From: a virus
IMG/VR virus record: IMGVR_UViG_3300045988_136221
Coordinates: 89,223-153,222 of that record
Length of the DNA stretch: 64,000 bases
Reading direction: 5' to 3' (one strand)
The notes under the pieces were generated by a model. That model was given only the letters and a program-made list of their open reading frames with translations, did not search any database and was not told the DNA's origin. Each line of letters opens with the position of its first letter. Within the stretch, counting starts at the first letter, position 1. A program made the translations under genes and the position numbers. Shown here one piece after another: positions 1 to 7,730 of the stretch.

Positions 1-145
1 GAGGAGTTTGATACTCCTCCTGTCTGTAAACCTCCTTTATTTACTTTGAAGGTTCGTATTAAAAAAGATCAATATCATGAAGGATATAGCGATATTATAA
101 AAATAGATAAAGGGGATAATAATATTACATTTACAAGCTTATACC

Positions 146-1105
146 ATGAAAGTAAAGAAAGCAGCGATAATTTATCATAAATCGGATTTAGATGGCGTTG
201 TATCGGCAGCCATCGCAACTATGTACGAAAACAGTAAAAACAAGGATGTTGTTTATATCCCGTATTCGTATGAAGATGATGTTAAGAAAGTTGTTGATAA
301 AGTAGATGAATGTGGGGTTGTTTATGTTCTTGACGTGTCTTTCGGATCCGATTCTAAAACGGTTTTCAAGAAATGGCTTGATGAAGGAAAGAGCCTGATG
401 TGGATAGACCATCATAAAGGAATTATTGAAGATAGTAAGACATGGGGGTTCGTAGTTCCAGGGTTGAGGAGAGTCGGTACGGCGGCTTGCGCGCTGGCCT
501 CGGACCTGCTGATGGGAAAGGTGCCGGCGATCGTCCGGTGCTTATCAGACTACGATGTATGGAATAAAGAATCTGAATTAGGCTGGGATACGGTAGTAGC
601 TGTCCAGTATGCCATGAGATCAAAAATAAGACTCAATGTGTTAATAGCATTGTCGTATTTGTATGACCATTTTAAAGAAAATATGAAGGACAATGAGGTG
701 GATTTAATTTTCTATGATCTCGCTAAAGAAGGACGTGCTATAATTAACTACATGGCCGGCAAAAACGAACAAGATGTAAGTAGGTATTCGTTCGAAGCTT
801 ACGTTGATGAGGTGAAGGTCGTGGCGATGAATACCGTAGAATCAGGCTCTAAAGTATTTGATTCTCTTACACCTGACTGGTTAGACGGTAGAAAAATTAA
901 AGCCCTGATGCCATTTTGTATCACGCCAGGTGGTAAAGTCCGGTTCTCTCTTTATGAATGCGTGGAAGACGGCGTAGATTGCTGTGAGGTAAGTAAGAGA
1001 TTCGGTGGTGGAGGACATGCTGGTGCTGCTGGGTTTGTTATAGACGTATCAAGTGACCAGTTTAAGGACTTCCTTGAAAACCGAAAACTTACTTCAATAC
1101 AATAA
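146..1105 (+). CDS. DHH/DHHA1-family phosphoesterase (RecJ/NrnA-like)
   Basis: Translated ORF carries DHH-family motifs in order: 'HKSDLDGVVSAA' (motif I DxD), 'MWIDHHKG' (DHH motif III), and the DHHA1 'FGGGGHAGAAGF' (GGGH) motif near the C-terminus. Confidence 0.75.
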   Translation: MKVKKAAIIYHKSDLDGVVSAAIATMYENSKNKDVVYIPYSYEDDVKKVVDKVDECGVVYVLDVSFGSDSKTVFKKWLDEGKSLMWIDHHKGIIEDSKTWGFVVPGLRRVGTAACALASDLLMGKVPAIVRCLSDYDVWNKESELGWDTVVAVQYAMRSKIRLNVLIALSYLYDHFKENMKDNEVDLIFYDLAKEGRAIINYMAGKNEQDVSRYSFEAYVDEVKVVAMNTVESGSKVFDSLTPDWLDGRKIKALMPFCITPGGKVRFSLYECVEDGVDCCEVSKRFGGGGHAGAAGFVIDVSSDQFKDFLENRKLTSIQ

Positions 1106-1122
1106 ATAAGGTCATGTTTTAA

Positions 1123-1154
1123 ATAGGATTGGTTTATATCAATCCTATTTTTTT
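1123..1154 (+). terminator. Rho-independent terminator after DHH gene
   Basis: Stem ataggatt/aatcctat with 10-nt loop, followed by T7 run. Confidence 0.5.
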
Positions 1155-1759
1155 GTGGTGTGTGGAGAGGTGGATGTAATGGATGAGATAAAATGTTTAT
1201 ATTATGAAGGTTAGGCAAAAAGGTTTATGTGATGAGGGAGAGGTAAAAAAATGGTTTGTGTAATGGGAGAGAGGGGATACCTACCACGAACCTCCCGCCC
1301 CCGAAACGCGTTTTCTCCCCCACGCCCCCTTCGCTGGAAAACCGGAAACGCGTTTTTACCTCAATCCTACAAACTCTCTGATTATCAACCATTTATTTAA
1401 ATTATTGATAATCAATGTATTGTTATAATATATTGATTATAAGCCACTTAAATAAACATATATCCCACATATTAATGTACGCGTATAATACCGTTCTTGT
1501 GTATTTTGTAACTTTCTGATAATCAGATAATAGAATCGAAATTAATACAAGTTAACAAAAAAAAGATAGCATATATATATGTAATACTGAAAAAGGTTGT
1601 ATATTTGCACAGTATTCAAGCGAGAATATTGGTGTTACATAATGAAGCTATATATATACTCCCGTTGGGTGTATTGTATGGTGATACCTTTTGCCTCTTT
1701 GCGTTGTAAAGTGGTAATATATTAGGGTGATATTGTTTAACAAATAAATACATAATGTT

Positions 1760-2299
1760 ATGATTACAAAGAAAAACGTTAACAAACTGCAAAATTCCGT
1801 TATTAAAGAAAATGCATCAAATTTGGTAGGTGCGGTAAAGTTGTATAATGCTTTATTTGCAAATGGTTCTGATCTTAAAGCAATTTGTAAGAAGTTGGAA
1901 ATACCAGCCGAATATGCTGTAAAGGTTGCAGCACTCGCAAAGGACAAAAAACGGCTGGTTGCCGTGTGTAGCCAAATGCTGCCTAAAGTAGATAATACCT
2001 TTGTTAAGTTTTCCCTATATTCTAAAGTATATAAGGATAACAAGGTGGACAAGGAAAAAGGAATTGAGGCAAAAACGGCTGACTGGTGCGCTGATAATGT
2101 GGTTTATGGCGGGGAATATAAATCTTTCGGTTTTTCAACCGCTGAGACATTGGAAGCTAAAAAAAGCGCAAAGTGGCTTGTTAAAGAAACGGACGAGTAT
2201 AAAGCTACTTATGTAGCCGTTAAGGTCAAATCTTATTCAATTCGTACCGTTGCAAAGTGTGTGAGTGAATATTTGGCGCACGAAAGCAACCAGCAGTAA
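1760..2299 (+). CDS. hypothetical protein (179 aa)
   Basis: ORF track; first gene after 650-bp non-coding region; no motif recognised. Confidence 0.5.
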   Translation: MITKKNVNKLQNSVIKENASNLVGAVKLYNALFANGSDLKAICKKLEIPAEYAVKVAALAKDKKRLVAVCSQMLPKVDNTFVKFSLYSKVYKDNKVDKEKGIEAKTADWCADNVVYGGEYKSFGFSTAETLEAKKSAKWLVKETDEYKATYVAVKVKSYSIRTVAKCVSEYLAHESNQQ

Positions 2300-2774
2300 A
2301 AAAGGTTAGGCGCGTACCGTTAAACGCGTCTGTACGCCGTTGTCAGTGGGTGAACGTCCCGCGTATGCTTTAGACTAAAGCTGACAAAACAGAGAGTTAT
2401 TTTACATATTGGGGATAAATATACCGTTATCGAAGCCGTTGGTATTTTAAAGAATCGGTATTACTGCATGTACTGCATTGAATAAATGTAGTTATGTTAG
2501 GTATGTTGGTACAGTTTGGAAAACATACCGTTGTACGTGGTTTGTCTCCATATCGAAACGTGTCTTACTTGTCCACACGCAAAATAGGATAGGGCTACGG
2601 AGAATCGTAGGGCGCAAACATGTAGCCTACCATGTAGGAACATGGAGCGTCAAAACGCAAGGACACAATCGCCTTTATTTGTGGCTAAGTTGTGTAGCAG
2701 ACGGAAAATATAATAACAACATAGTACGGGCCCACACTCAAGAACTACGTACTAATTGCGGGCTGTTGGTTGTA

Positions 2775-2802
2775 GCATAAAATTCGTATAGGATAGGAAT
2801 GC
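2775..2802 (+). other. hairpin with conserved loop (..TTCGTATAGGATAGG..), member of intergenic hairpin family
   Basis: Stem gcat/atgc around loop aaaattcgtataggatagga; loop resembles the other family members (GTGARGATAGG core); sits directly 5' of the GGTTCGATTCCGG box. Confidence 0.35.
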
Positions 2803-2808
2803 GCGTTC

Positions 2809-2853
2809 GGTTCGATTCCGGAACAACCACTGAATCAAAAATAATATAACAAC
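2809..2853 (+). promoter_or_regulatory. GGTTCGATTCCGG box + A-rich leader, 45 nt upstream of ATG 2854 (copy a)
   Basis: 13-nt GGTTCGATTCCGG (identical to tRNA T-arm consensus) followed by ..CAC.. and AATAATATAACAAC; same element at the same spacing upstream of genes at 4823 and 6070. Confidence 0.45.
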
Positions 2854-3060
2854 ATGGAAAGGAAATTTAAAAATCACTTGGTAGATGTACGCGGATTGTC
2901 CAGGAAAGAAGCCGCAAAGAAACGGAATGCAGCGTATCGTGAATTTATGTTGTATCGTGATATTCACGAAGCATATCATTCCGAAATAGGAAAAGATAAA
3001 TGCAAGCGTAAAACACATACATCACGAACATACGTGAAAGAAAACATAAACAGTATTTAA
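2854..3060 (+). CDS. hypothetical small basic protein (68 aa)
   Basis: ORF track; preceded by conserved box; followed by terminator. Confidence 0.5.
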   Translation: MERKFKNHLVDVRGLSRKEAAKKRNAAYREFMLYRDIHEAYHSEIGKDKCKRKTHTSRTYVKENINSI

Positions 3061-3067
3061 ATAGGAA

Positions 3068-3104
3068 TAGGGTTGTTCTGAATATCGGAACAGCCCTATT
3101 TTCG
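3068..3104 (+). terminator. Rho-independent terminator
   Basis: Stem tagggttgttc/gaacagcccta (one G-U) with loop tgaatatcg, then TTTT. Confidence 0.55.
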
Positions 3105-3261
3105 TATCCTACTCTTTCTATTTACGGGTAGGATATTCTGAGAGTGAACGGAGGATGCGGACAATATTGGTCTAAAACGAAACAAAAATAGTGACATTCG
3201 GATATAACGCCGGTATTTTGTCTATATATAATCGCTCTAATTGGTCTAAAACGAAACTAAA

Positions 3262-3307
3262 GGCGGTTTTCGGACCCAAAATAGGGTGTCGGATGCCGCC
3301 TTTTTCG
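3262..3307 (+). terminator. Rho-independent terminator-like hairpin
   Basis: ggcgg...ccgcc stem with structured interior, followed by TTTTT. Confidence 0.4.
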
Positions 3308-3413
3308 TCTCTATGGAATTGAAATTAGGCTTATTGTATTTTTCTTAAAAATAAGGTATTCTTGATTATCAATTAGTTAGGTTTTATAATATCCGTATTT
3401 TCGGACATACTTA

Positions 3414-3599
3414 TTGTATAATTTTTGTTTTATGTGGTGGTTTTTATTAGTCGCTGACCTATATTTTTTATCGGTTGGTATCCGTTCTATGTTAGAGTAC
3501 GGACCGGATCAGTATAATGTTGTAATGGTCTTTTGTTTTTTGTTATTGGCTATTGTTATAGGTTTGAATATCTATCTTGACAGGAGTAGGAGGCGGTAG
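3414..3599 (+). CDS. small hydrophobic membrane peptide (61 aa), putative
   Basis: ORF track; almost entirely hydrophobic (two predicted TM segments) with basic RRR tail; isolated ORF in otherwise non-coding 1.1-kb region. Confidence 0.35.
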   Translation: MYNFCFMWWFLLVADLYFLSVGIRSMLEYGPDQYNVVMVFCFLLLAIVIGLNIYLDRSRRR

Positions 3600-3786
3600 G
3601 GCGTGGGCTGAAGGTTCTCTATTCTCTCTATGGAATGATATTCTATCCAAACAACCCACACTCCATGCCATAGTATAAGCCTGTAGCGTCCTACTTAAGC
3701 CGGTAGTAGGTGTTAGAGCGTAGGTCCTATGCGGAAAGCGAGAAAGATGGACGGGAGTTGGAGAGGGGGAGAGGGAGGGCACTTCC

Positions 3787-4190
3787 TTCCCACAAAATTC
3801 AACAGATCAGAGTTTTAAAACAGTATTCTGTAGGTTTTCCCACAAAATTCAACAGATCAGAGTTTTAAAACAGTATTCTGTAGGTTTTCCCACAAAATTC
3901 AACAGATCAGAGTTTTAAAACAGTATTCTGTAGGTTTTCCCACAAAATTCAACAGATCAGAGTTTTAAAACAGTATTCTGTAGGTTTTCCCACAAAATTC
4001 AACAGATCAGAGTTTTAAAACAGTATTCTGTAGGTTTTCCCACAAAATTCAACAGATCAGAGTTTTAAAACAGTATTCTGTAGGTTTTCCCACAAAATTC
4101 AACAGATCAGAGTTTTAAAACCGCATAATGTGAGTTCCTTCCCACAAAATTCAACAGATTAGTAGTTTAAAACAGCATTCTATAGGTTAG
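3787..4190 (+). repeat. 50-bp direct tandem repeat array, ~8 units (6 perfect + 2 degenerate)
   Basis: Unit ttcccacaaaattcaacagatcagagttttaaaacagtattctgtaggtt repeats head-to-tail with exact 50-bp period from 3787; units 7-8 diverge (4121 onward). Each unit contains the 10-bp palindrome GTTTTAAAAC. Confidence 0.9.
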
Positions 4191-4219
4191 TAGTAAGTGA
4201 AATGTTTAACAATTAAAAT

Positions 4220-4489
4220 ATGGACAATATGAACGTATATGATTTTGCACCTGATTTAGATTTAAGTAAAGAAGTAGAAGGTTCCATTTTTGGGGTAAGA
4301 GGAATGGAAGGCAGTGATGGTATAGTATATGCTAAGGTAGTTAGCTGTATAGACGTCAAGGATTACAGTTGTGAGAGATGTATTTTTTATGATTGTTATA
4401 AGGATACATGTTCGTTATGGGGTAGTGATAGTTGTATAGATGGGGATTGGTTTTGTAGGTACGAACAGGCTGCCATAGAGGGGGAGTAG
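4220..4489 (+). CDS. Cys-rich small protein (89 aa)
   Basis: ORF track; 10 Cys in C-terminal half; immediately downstream of tandem array. Confidence 0.5.
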   Translation: MDNMNVYDFAPDLDLSKEVEGSIFGVRGMEGSDGIVYAKVVSCIDVKDYSCERCIFYDCYKDTCSLWGSDSCIDGDWFCRYEQAAIEGE

Positions 4490-4500
4490 GCGGCGTCTTG

Positions 4501-4540
4501 GGCTAAGGCCTGCGGTTGTAGGTAGGACGTAGGCCTTAGC
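4501..4540 (+). other. hairpin (10-bp stem ggctaaggcc/ggccttagc), conserved-loop family
   Basis: Loop tgcggttgtaggtaggacgta resembles the family loop; directly after stop of 4220..4489. Confidence 0.45.
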
Positions 4541-4594
4541 AGAACAAGAACAGTTTATTGTGGAACGTAAAAATAAAAAGGAGGAGATAGTGAT

Positions 4595-4675
4595 ATGAAA
4601 AAGGCATTTAAGATATTTTCTATTATGTTCGTCATAGAAATAGTGCTGATAGCTATTTTAGATGCTATGGCGTAA
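4595..4675 (+). CDS. 26-aa hydrophobic micropeptide (MKKAFKIFSIMFVIEIVLIAILDAMA), putative
   Basis: Not in ORF track (too short). Strong SD aaaaaGGAGGagatagtgat 7 nt before ATG 4595; TAA at 4673. Confidence 0.3.
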   Translation: MKKAFKIFSIMFVIEIVLIAILDAMA

Positions 4676-4717
4676 GTAATAAAAATTTCTTCATTAATTT
4701 TCTTATGCTTTAGACAG

Positions 4718-4747
4718 AGTGCCCCCGTCTGCGAAGATCGGAGCACT
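4718..4747 (+). other. hairpin with conserved loop (ccCGTCTGCGAAGATCGG)
   Basis: Stem agtgc/gcact; loop matches family core GTSYGYGARGAT. Confidence 0.4.
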
Positions 4748-4777
4748 TGCTTTATGGGATTCATGGTGAAATAGGTC

Positions 4778-4822
4778 GGTTCGATTCCGGCGATCTCACA
4801 CAATATTAAAAACAAATGAGGT
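4778..4822 (+). promoter_or_regulatory. GGTTCGATTCCGG box + leader, 45 nt upstream of ATG 4823 (copy b)
   Basis: GGTTCGATTCCGGCGATCTCACACAATATTAAAAACAAATGAGGT-ATG; aligns with copies at 2809 and 6027. Confidence 0.45.
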
Positions 4823-5227
4823 ATGTTAAAAGAAGAATTTGAAGACTTTATTAAGAGAGAGGTAAGTGATGAACTTTACAAAGATATAGAGGTAGTGTAT
4901 AATGCTCTGCCTGAATATATGGATAAGTTGTATTTTGCAGACGCTATATTAAAAGATACAGGGAAGACTGTAAATGTTTTGTCGGCTTTAGGAGTACACA
5001 TACGTGAATTGAATAACGCACGCATAATCGAAAAAGAAAAGATTAGATCGTGTGCGTATGATTTGATACATAAGGCTCATGACGAAGATGATTTAACAGC
5101 AAGGGAGATTGCTGTTAAATTGATCGGAGAAAGGGAAACGGTAGCGTATTCTGTAAGGGAGGGTCTGCCATTATGGGAGCATGATAAAAAGTTTATAATA
5201 GAGTTAATGAAGGAGGAAAGAAAATGA
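4823..5227 (+). CDS. hypothetical protein (134 aa)
   Basis: ORF track; ATGA stop/start overlap with next gene. Confidence 0.55.
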   Translation: MLKEEFEDFIKREVSDELYKDIEVVYNALPEYMDKLYFADAILKDTGKTVNVLSALGVHIRELNNARIIEKEKIRSCAYDLIHKAHDEDDLTAREIAVKLIGERETVAYSVREGLPLWEHDKKFIIELMKEERK

Positions 5228-5571
5228 AAGATGGCATTACATTACATCCGGAATATGGATTGAATCCGTCTATAGAAGTCTGCATGATATGTGGCGAAGA
5301 GATGGGGATTGCTTTATTAGGGAATAACATCAAAGGGCAGGCACCGCATCATATATGCACGGGCGGAGTATGTGACAATTGCAAAAAGATAATAGATGAT
5401 GGTGGTTGTTTTATTATCGAGGTTGAAGATGGTTCAGATCAAAAGAATCCGTATCGTACAGGAAGATATTGCGCGATAAAGAAAGGGGTGGCAAAGAAAA
5501 TGTTTGGAAAGGAACATAGCATTGTGTACATGGAAAAGTCTGCATTCAGTCAAATGATACCACAAAAATGA
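5224..5571 (+). CDS. zinc-ribbon-containing protein (115 aa)
   Basis: ORF track; CxxC..C..C..CxxC pattern (CMICGEE...HHICTGGVCDNCKK); AGGAGG SD upstream. Confidence 0.55.
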   Translation: MKDGITLHPEYGLNPSIEVCMICGEEMGIALLGNNIKGQAPHHICTGGVCDNCKKIIDDGGCFIIEVEDGSDQKNPYRTGRYCAIKKGVAKKMFGKEHSIVYMEKSAFSQMIPQK

Positions 5572-5894
5572 AGAAGGATATGTTTACAAAAGAAGAGCGA
5601 TTATTCATATGGAAACAAGTATGTGATATAATCGATAGGTCAGAGGATGGGGAATACATATGCATTGCATTAAGAAATGTAGTATTTTATTTTTTCAAAA
5701 CACATAAAGAAATAAAAATTATGAGTTTAGACGAAATGGTGAGAATATATTTCCCGGAATTGAGGGCAAGGAGAAGTATGGCTACAGAACCAGAGGAAAT
5801 ATGGAGGATATATGGATGGTTTGGTTGTATTAGTCCAGAAACGAAGGAGGTAAGACTGAATATTGTAAAAGATATCATAAAAGAATTAGAATAG
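5568..5894 (+). CDS. hypothetical protein (108 aa)
   Basis: ORF track; overlaps previous stop. Confidence 0.5.
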   Translation: MKKDMFTKEERLFIWKQVCDIIDRSEDGEYICIALRNVVFYFFKTHKEIKIMSLDEMVRIYFPELRARRSMATEPEEIWRIYGWFGCISPETKEVRLNIVKDIIKELE

Positions 5895-5941
5895 TATTTT
5901 TGTTAACCTATTTTATTCATCAAATTAAGTTTTTGGGTTTT

Positions 5942-5980
5942 GGCATGTCGGTTCGTGAGGATAGGCATGCCTATTTTTAT
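5942..5980 (+). terminator. terminator-like hairpin with conserved loop (TCGGTTCGTGAGGATAGG)
   Basis: Stem ggcatg/catgcc, followed by tatttttat. Confidence 0.5.
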
Positions 5981-6026
5981 GTCATAGAGGGATGACGCGG
6001 CGTGCCGGCATGTATGTACCGGTTCT

Positions 6027-6069
6027 GGTTCGATTCTGGGCATCTCACAAACAATAAAACAAAAGAGTT
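6027..6069 (+). promoter_or_regulatory. GGTTCGATTCTGG box + leader, 43 nt upstream of ATG 6070 (copy c)
   Basis: GGTTCGATTCTGGGCATCTCACAAACAATAAAACAAAAGAGTT-ATG. Confidence 0.45.
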
Positions 6070-6303
6070 ATGAGAATATACAAGAATGATATTATAAAGG
6101 CGTCAGCGATAAGCACCAGCGACGACAGGGGATTATTACTGTGTTCAATAACAGATTCGGGATTCACGTCTATAGCTGGTGTAATATCGGCTATTAAAGA
6201 CAAGTTGCCAAACAAAGATCATAAGAAGATGGTTTTTGAAATTTTGAACGATACGAAAAAAGAATACGGAAGATATAATAATTGCGGAGGAAAAGTGTTA
6301 TGA
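6070..6303 (+). CDS. hypothetical protein (77 aa)
   Basis: ORF track. Confidence 0.5.
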   Translation: MRIYKNDIIKASAISTSDDRGLLLCSITDSGFTSIAGVISAIKDKLPNKDHKKMVFEILNDTKKEYGRYNNCGGKVL

Positions 6304-6515
6304 AAAAAAATATAAAGAGCTTTTTATTGCCTTTAATATTGGCGAGCATGGTTGATGATCCTTATAGAGTAAGACGTATTCATAGTAACAATCATCCTAA
6401 ACCAGTAAAAAGGGATGAAAAGAACAGGATAGAGAGGGAGTTCGATATCAATGGAAAGAAAATAATGGCTTATTCAAGAAAGGATGCCATTAAAAGATTA
6501 AAACATAAGAAGTAG
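6282..6515 (+). CDS. hypothetical basic protein with N-terminal hydrophobic segment (77 aa)
   Basis: ORF track; possible signal/TM segment FLLPLILASMV. Confidence 0.45.
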   Translation: MRRKSVMKKNIKSFLLPLILASMVDDPYRVRRIHSNNHPKPVKRDEKNRIEREFDINGKKIMAYSRKDAIKRLKHKK

Positions 6516-6562
6516 AAAACGGATTTTTATGTTAATGTTAGTTTTTTCATTTTTATTGAAAG

Positions 6563-6600
6563 GAGCGCCGGCCTGTGAAGGTATGCGCTCTTTGTATTTG
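6563..6600 (+). terminator. terminator-like hairpin with conserved loop (CGGCCTGTGAAGGTAT)
   Basis: Stem gagcgc/gcgctc followed by tttgtatttg. Confidence 0.5.
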
Positions 6601-6624
6601 TATAATGCATAAAACAATAATAAT

Positions 6625-6879
6625 ATGACAGAGAATAGTATAGACGTAAATATCGTACCTGTAAAGAATGGTATGAAACGTGTTGTGGTATCATATTACC
6701 ATTATTCACGCAAGGAGAAAGATCGCATGAGTTCTCAAACGGATTACGTGTGGGAAACAGGGAATGAAGAGATGTTTAAATACTTTGAGGCCAGGAGGAC
6801 AAAAGTGTTTTATAGTCAGATTCGTGCCATGTGTAGATTCTATGGCAAGAAAAATGTACGTAAATACAAAAAGCTATGA
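6625..6879 (+). CDS. hypothetical protein (84 aa)
   Basis: ORF track; ATGA overlap with next gene. Confidence 0.5.
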   Translation: MTENSIDVNIVPVKNGMKRVVVSYYHYSRKEKDRMSSQTDYVWETGNEEMFKYFEARRTKVFYSQIRAMCRFYGKKNVRKYKKL

Positions 6880-7685
6880 TATTAAAAACGACAACCAACG
6901 AGTTTTGTTTCATTAACGTAAGTTTCTATGAAACAATAGCAGATCCTCGCTATTTCTTTGAACAGGATTATGAAGAGATGCCGGAATATGAGGAAGAATC
7001 GGATTTTGATTTTGATTCTTATTGCAATAAGTTTATTCCTTTTGTACAGGAATGGGCGAATGAGGTAAGTGAACGCCTTTACGGATATGGCGTGAATAAC
7101 ATAAAGGTAACATCGGTCGGACATCCGAGAGAATACAATTATTATACTGATTGGATGAATGTGGAGGTAGAATTTTGTGATGAATGGAGGCAAAAGATGT
7201 TATCTAACATTGGTAAGATTGTCAATGATGATAAATGCAAGAAGTATGCGGAAGCCAATAATCGGTCAGTATCAGGATACATCTTTTTAGGACCTGATGA
7301 TTTAAAGGAATTTGAAAAGGAAATAATAGAAAAGAAGTCGGATTCGAAATATGATATAACAATATTATTAAATATGTATCTAACTTTGGCTTTTGTAAAA
7401 GAATTTGGATTTGAAGCCGAAAAAGCGTGGAATGATATAACAGGACATGCTTACGAATGTTTGTCGTATTCTGATTTTGCAACAATAGAAACACTTATAC
7501 CAGAAGGTTCGGAATATTTATTCAAAGACGTTTACACAGCGAAGGCCGACGAATTGTATCATCATGTCCTGGATAAATTCGGATGGGCGTGGCGTGATCC
7601 GAAATATAAATCGGAAACAGAATTATGCGCGATGTTAAAGTGGGCAAAAGAGAAAGGCTTGACCATTGAAGAGTTAAGTATTTAA
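6876..7685 (+). CDS. hypothetical protein (269 aa)
   Basis: ORF track. Confidence 0.55.
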   Translation: MILKTTTNEFCFINVSFYETIADPRYFFEQDYEEMPEYEEESDFDFDSYCNKFIPFVQEWANEVSERLYGYGVNNIKVTSVGHPREYNYYTDWMNVEVEFCDEWRQKMLSNIGKIVNDDKCKKYAEANNRSVSGYIFLGPDDLKEFEKEIIEKKSDSKYDITILLNMYLTLAFVKEFGFEAEKAWNDITGHAYECLSYSDFATIETLIPEGSEYLFKDVYTAKADELYHHVLDKFGWAWRDPKYKSETELCAMLKWAKEKGLTIEELSI

Positions 7686-7698
7686 TTGTTAAACATAA

Positions 7699-7730
7699 GG
7701 CAGTAGTGGTGCGTGAGTATAGGTGCTGCC
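7699..7730 (+). other. hairpin with conserved loop (..GGTGCGTGAGTATAGG..)
   Basis: Stem ggcag/ctgcc directly after stop of 6876..7685. Confidence 0.4.

Noticed and set aside
188-1218. Short minus-strand ORFs inside the DHH phosphoesterase gene (188..415, 423..623, 952..1218) and similar antisense ORFs throughout the track
   Set aside because: Embedded antisense to longer, motif-supported genes in a strictly co-directional block. Typical AT-rich shadow ORFs.
2767-2830. tRNA gene suggested by GGTTCGATTCC T-arm consensus (also at 4778 and 6027)
   Set aside because: At 2767-2830 an acceptor pairing (tggttgt/acaacca) and T-arm can be drawn, but the molecule would be 64 nt with room for only one further hairpin and no D-arm plus anticodon arm. 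At 4778 and 6027 no complementary 5' acceptor strand exists within 90 nt. I therefore treat them as T-loop-like regulatory boxes, pending tRNAscan-SE.
3543-3782. Minus-strand 79-aa Pro/Ser/Thr-rich ORF
   Set aside because: Arises from the locally GC- and purine-rich non-coding stretch before the tandem array. Low-complexity, no start context, opposite to all neighbours.
3787-4190. Possible CRISPR array
   Set aside because: Units are identical 50-mers in exact head-to-tail register with no unique spacers between them, and no cas genes are adjacent. This is a simple tandem repeat.
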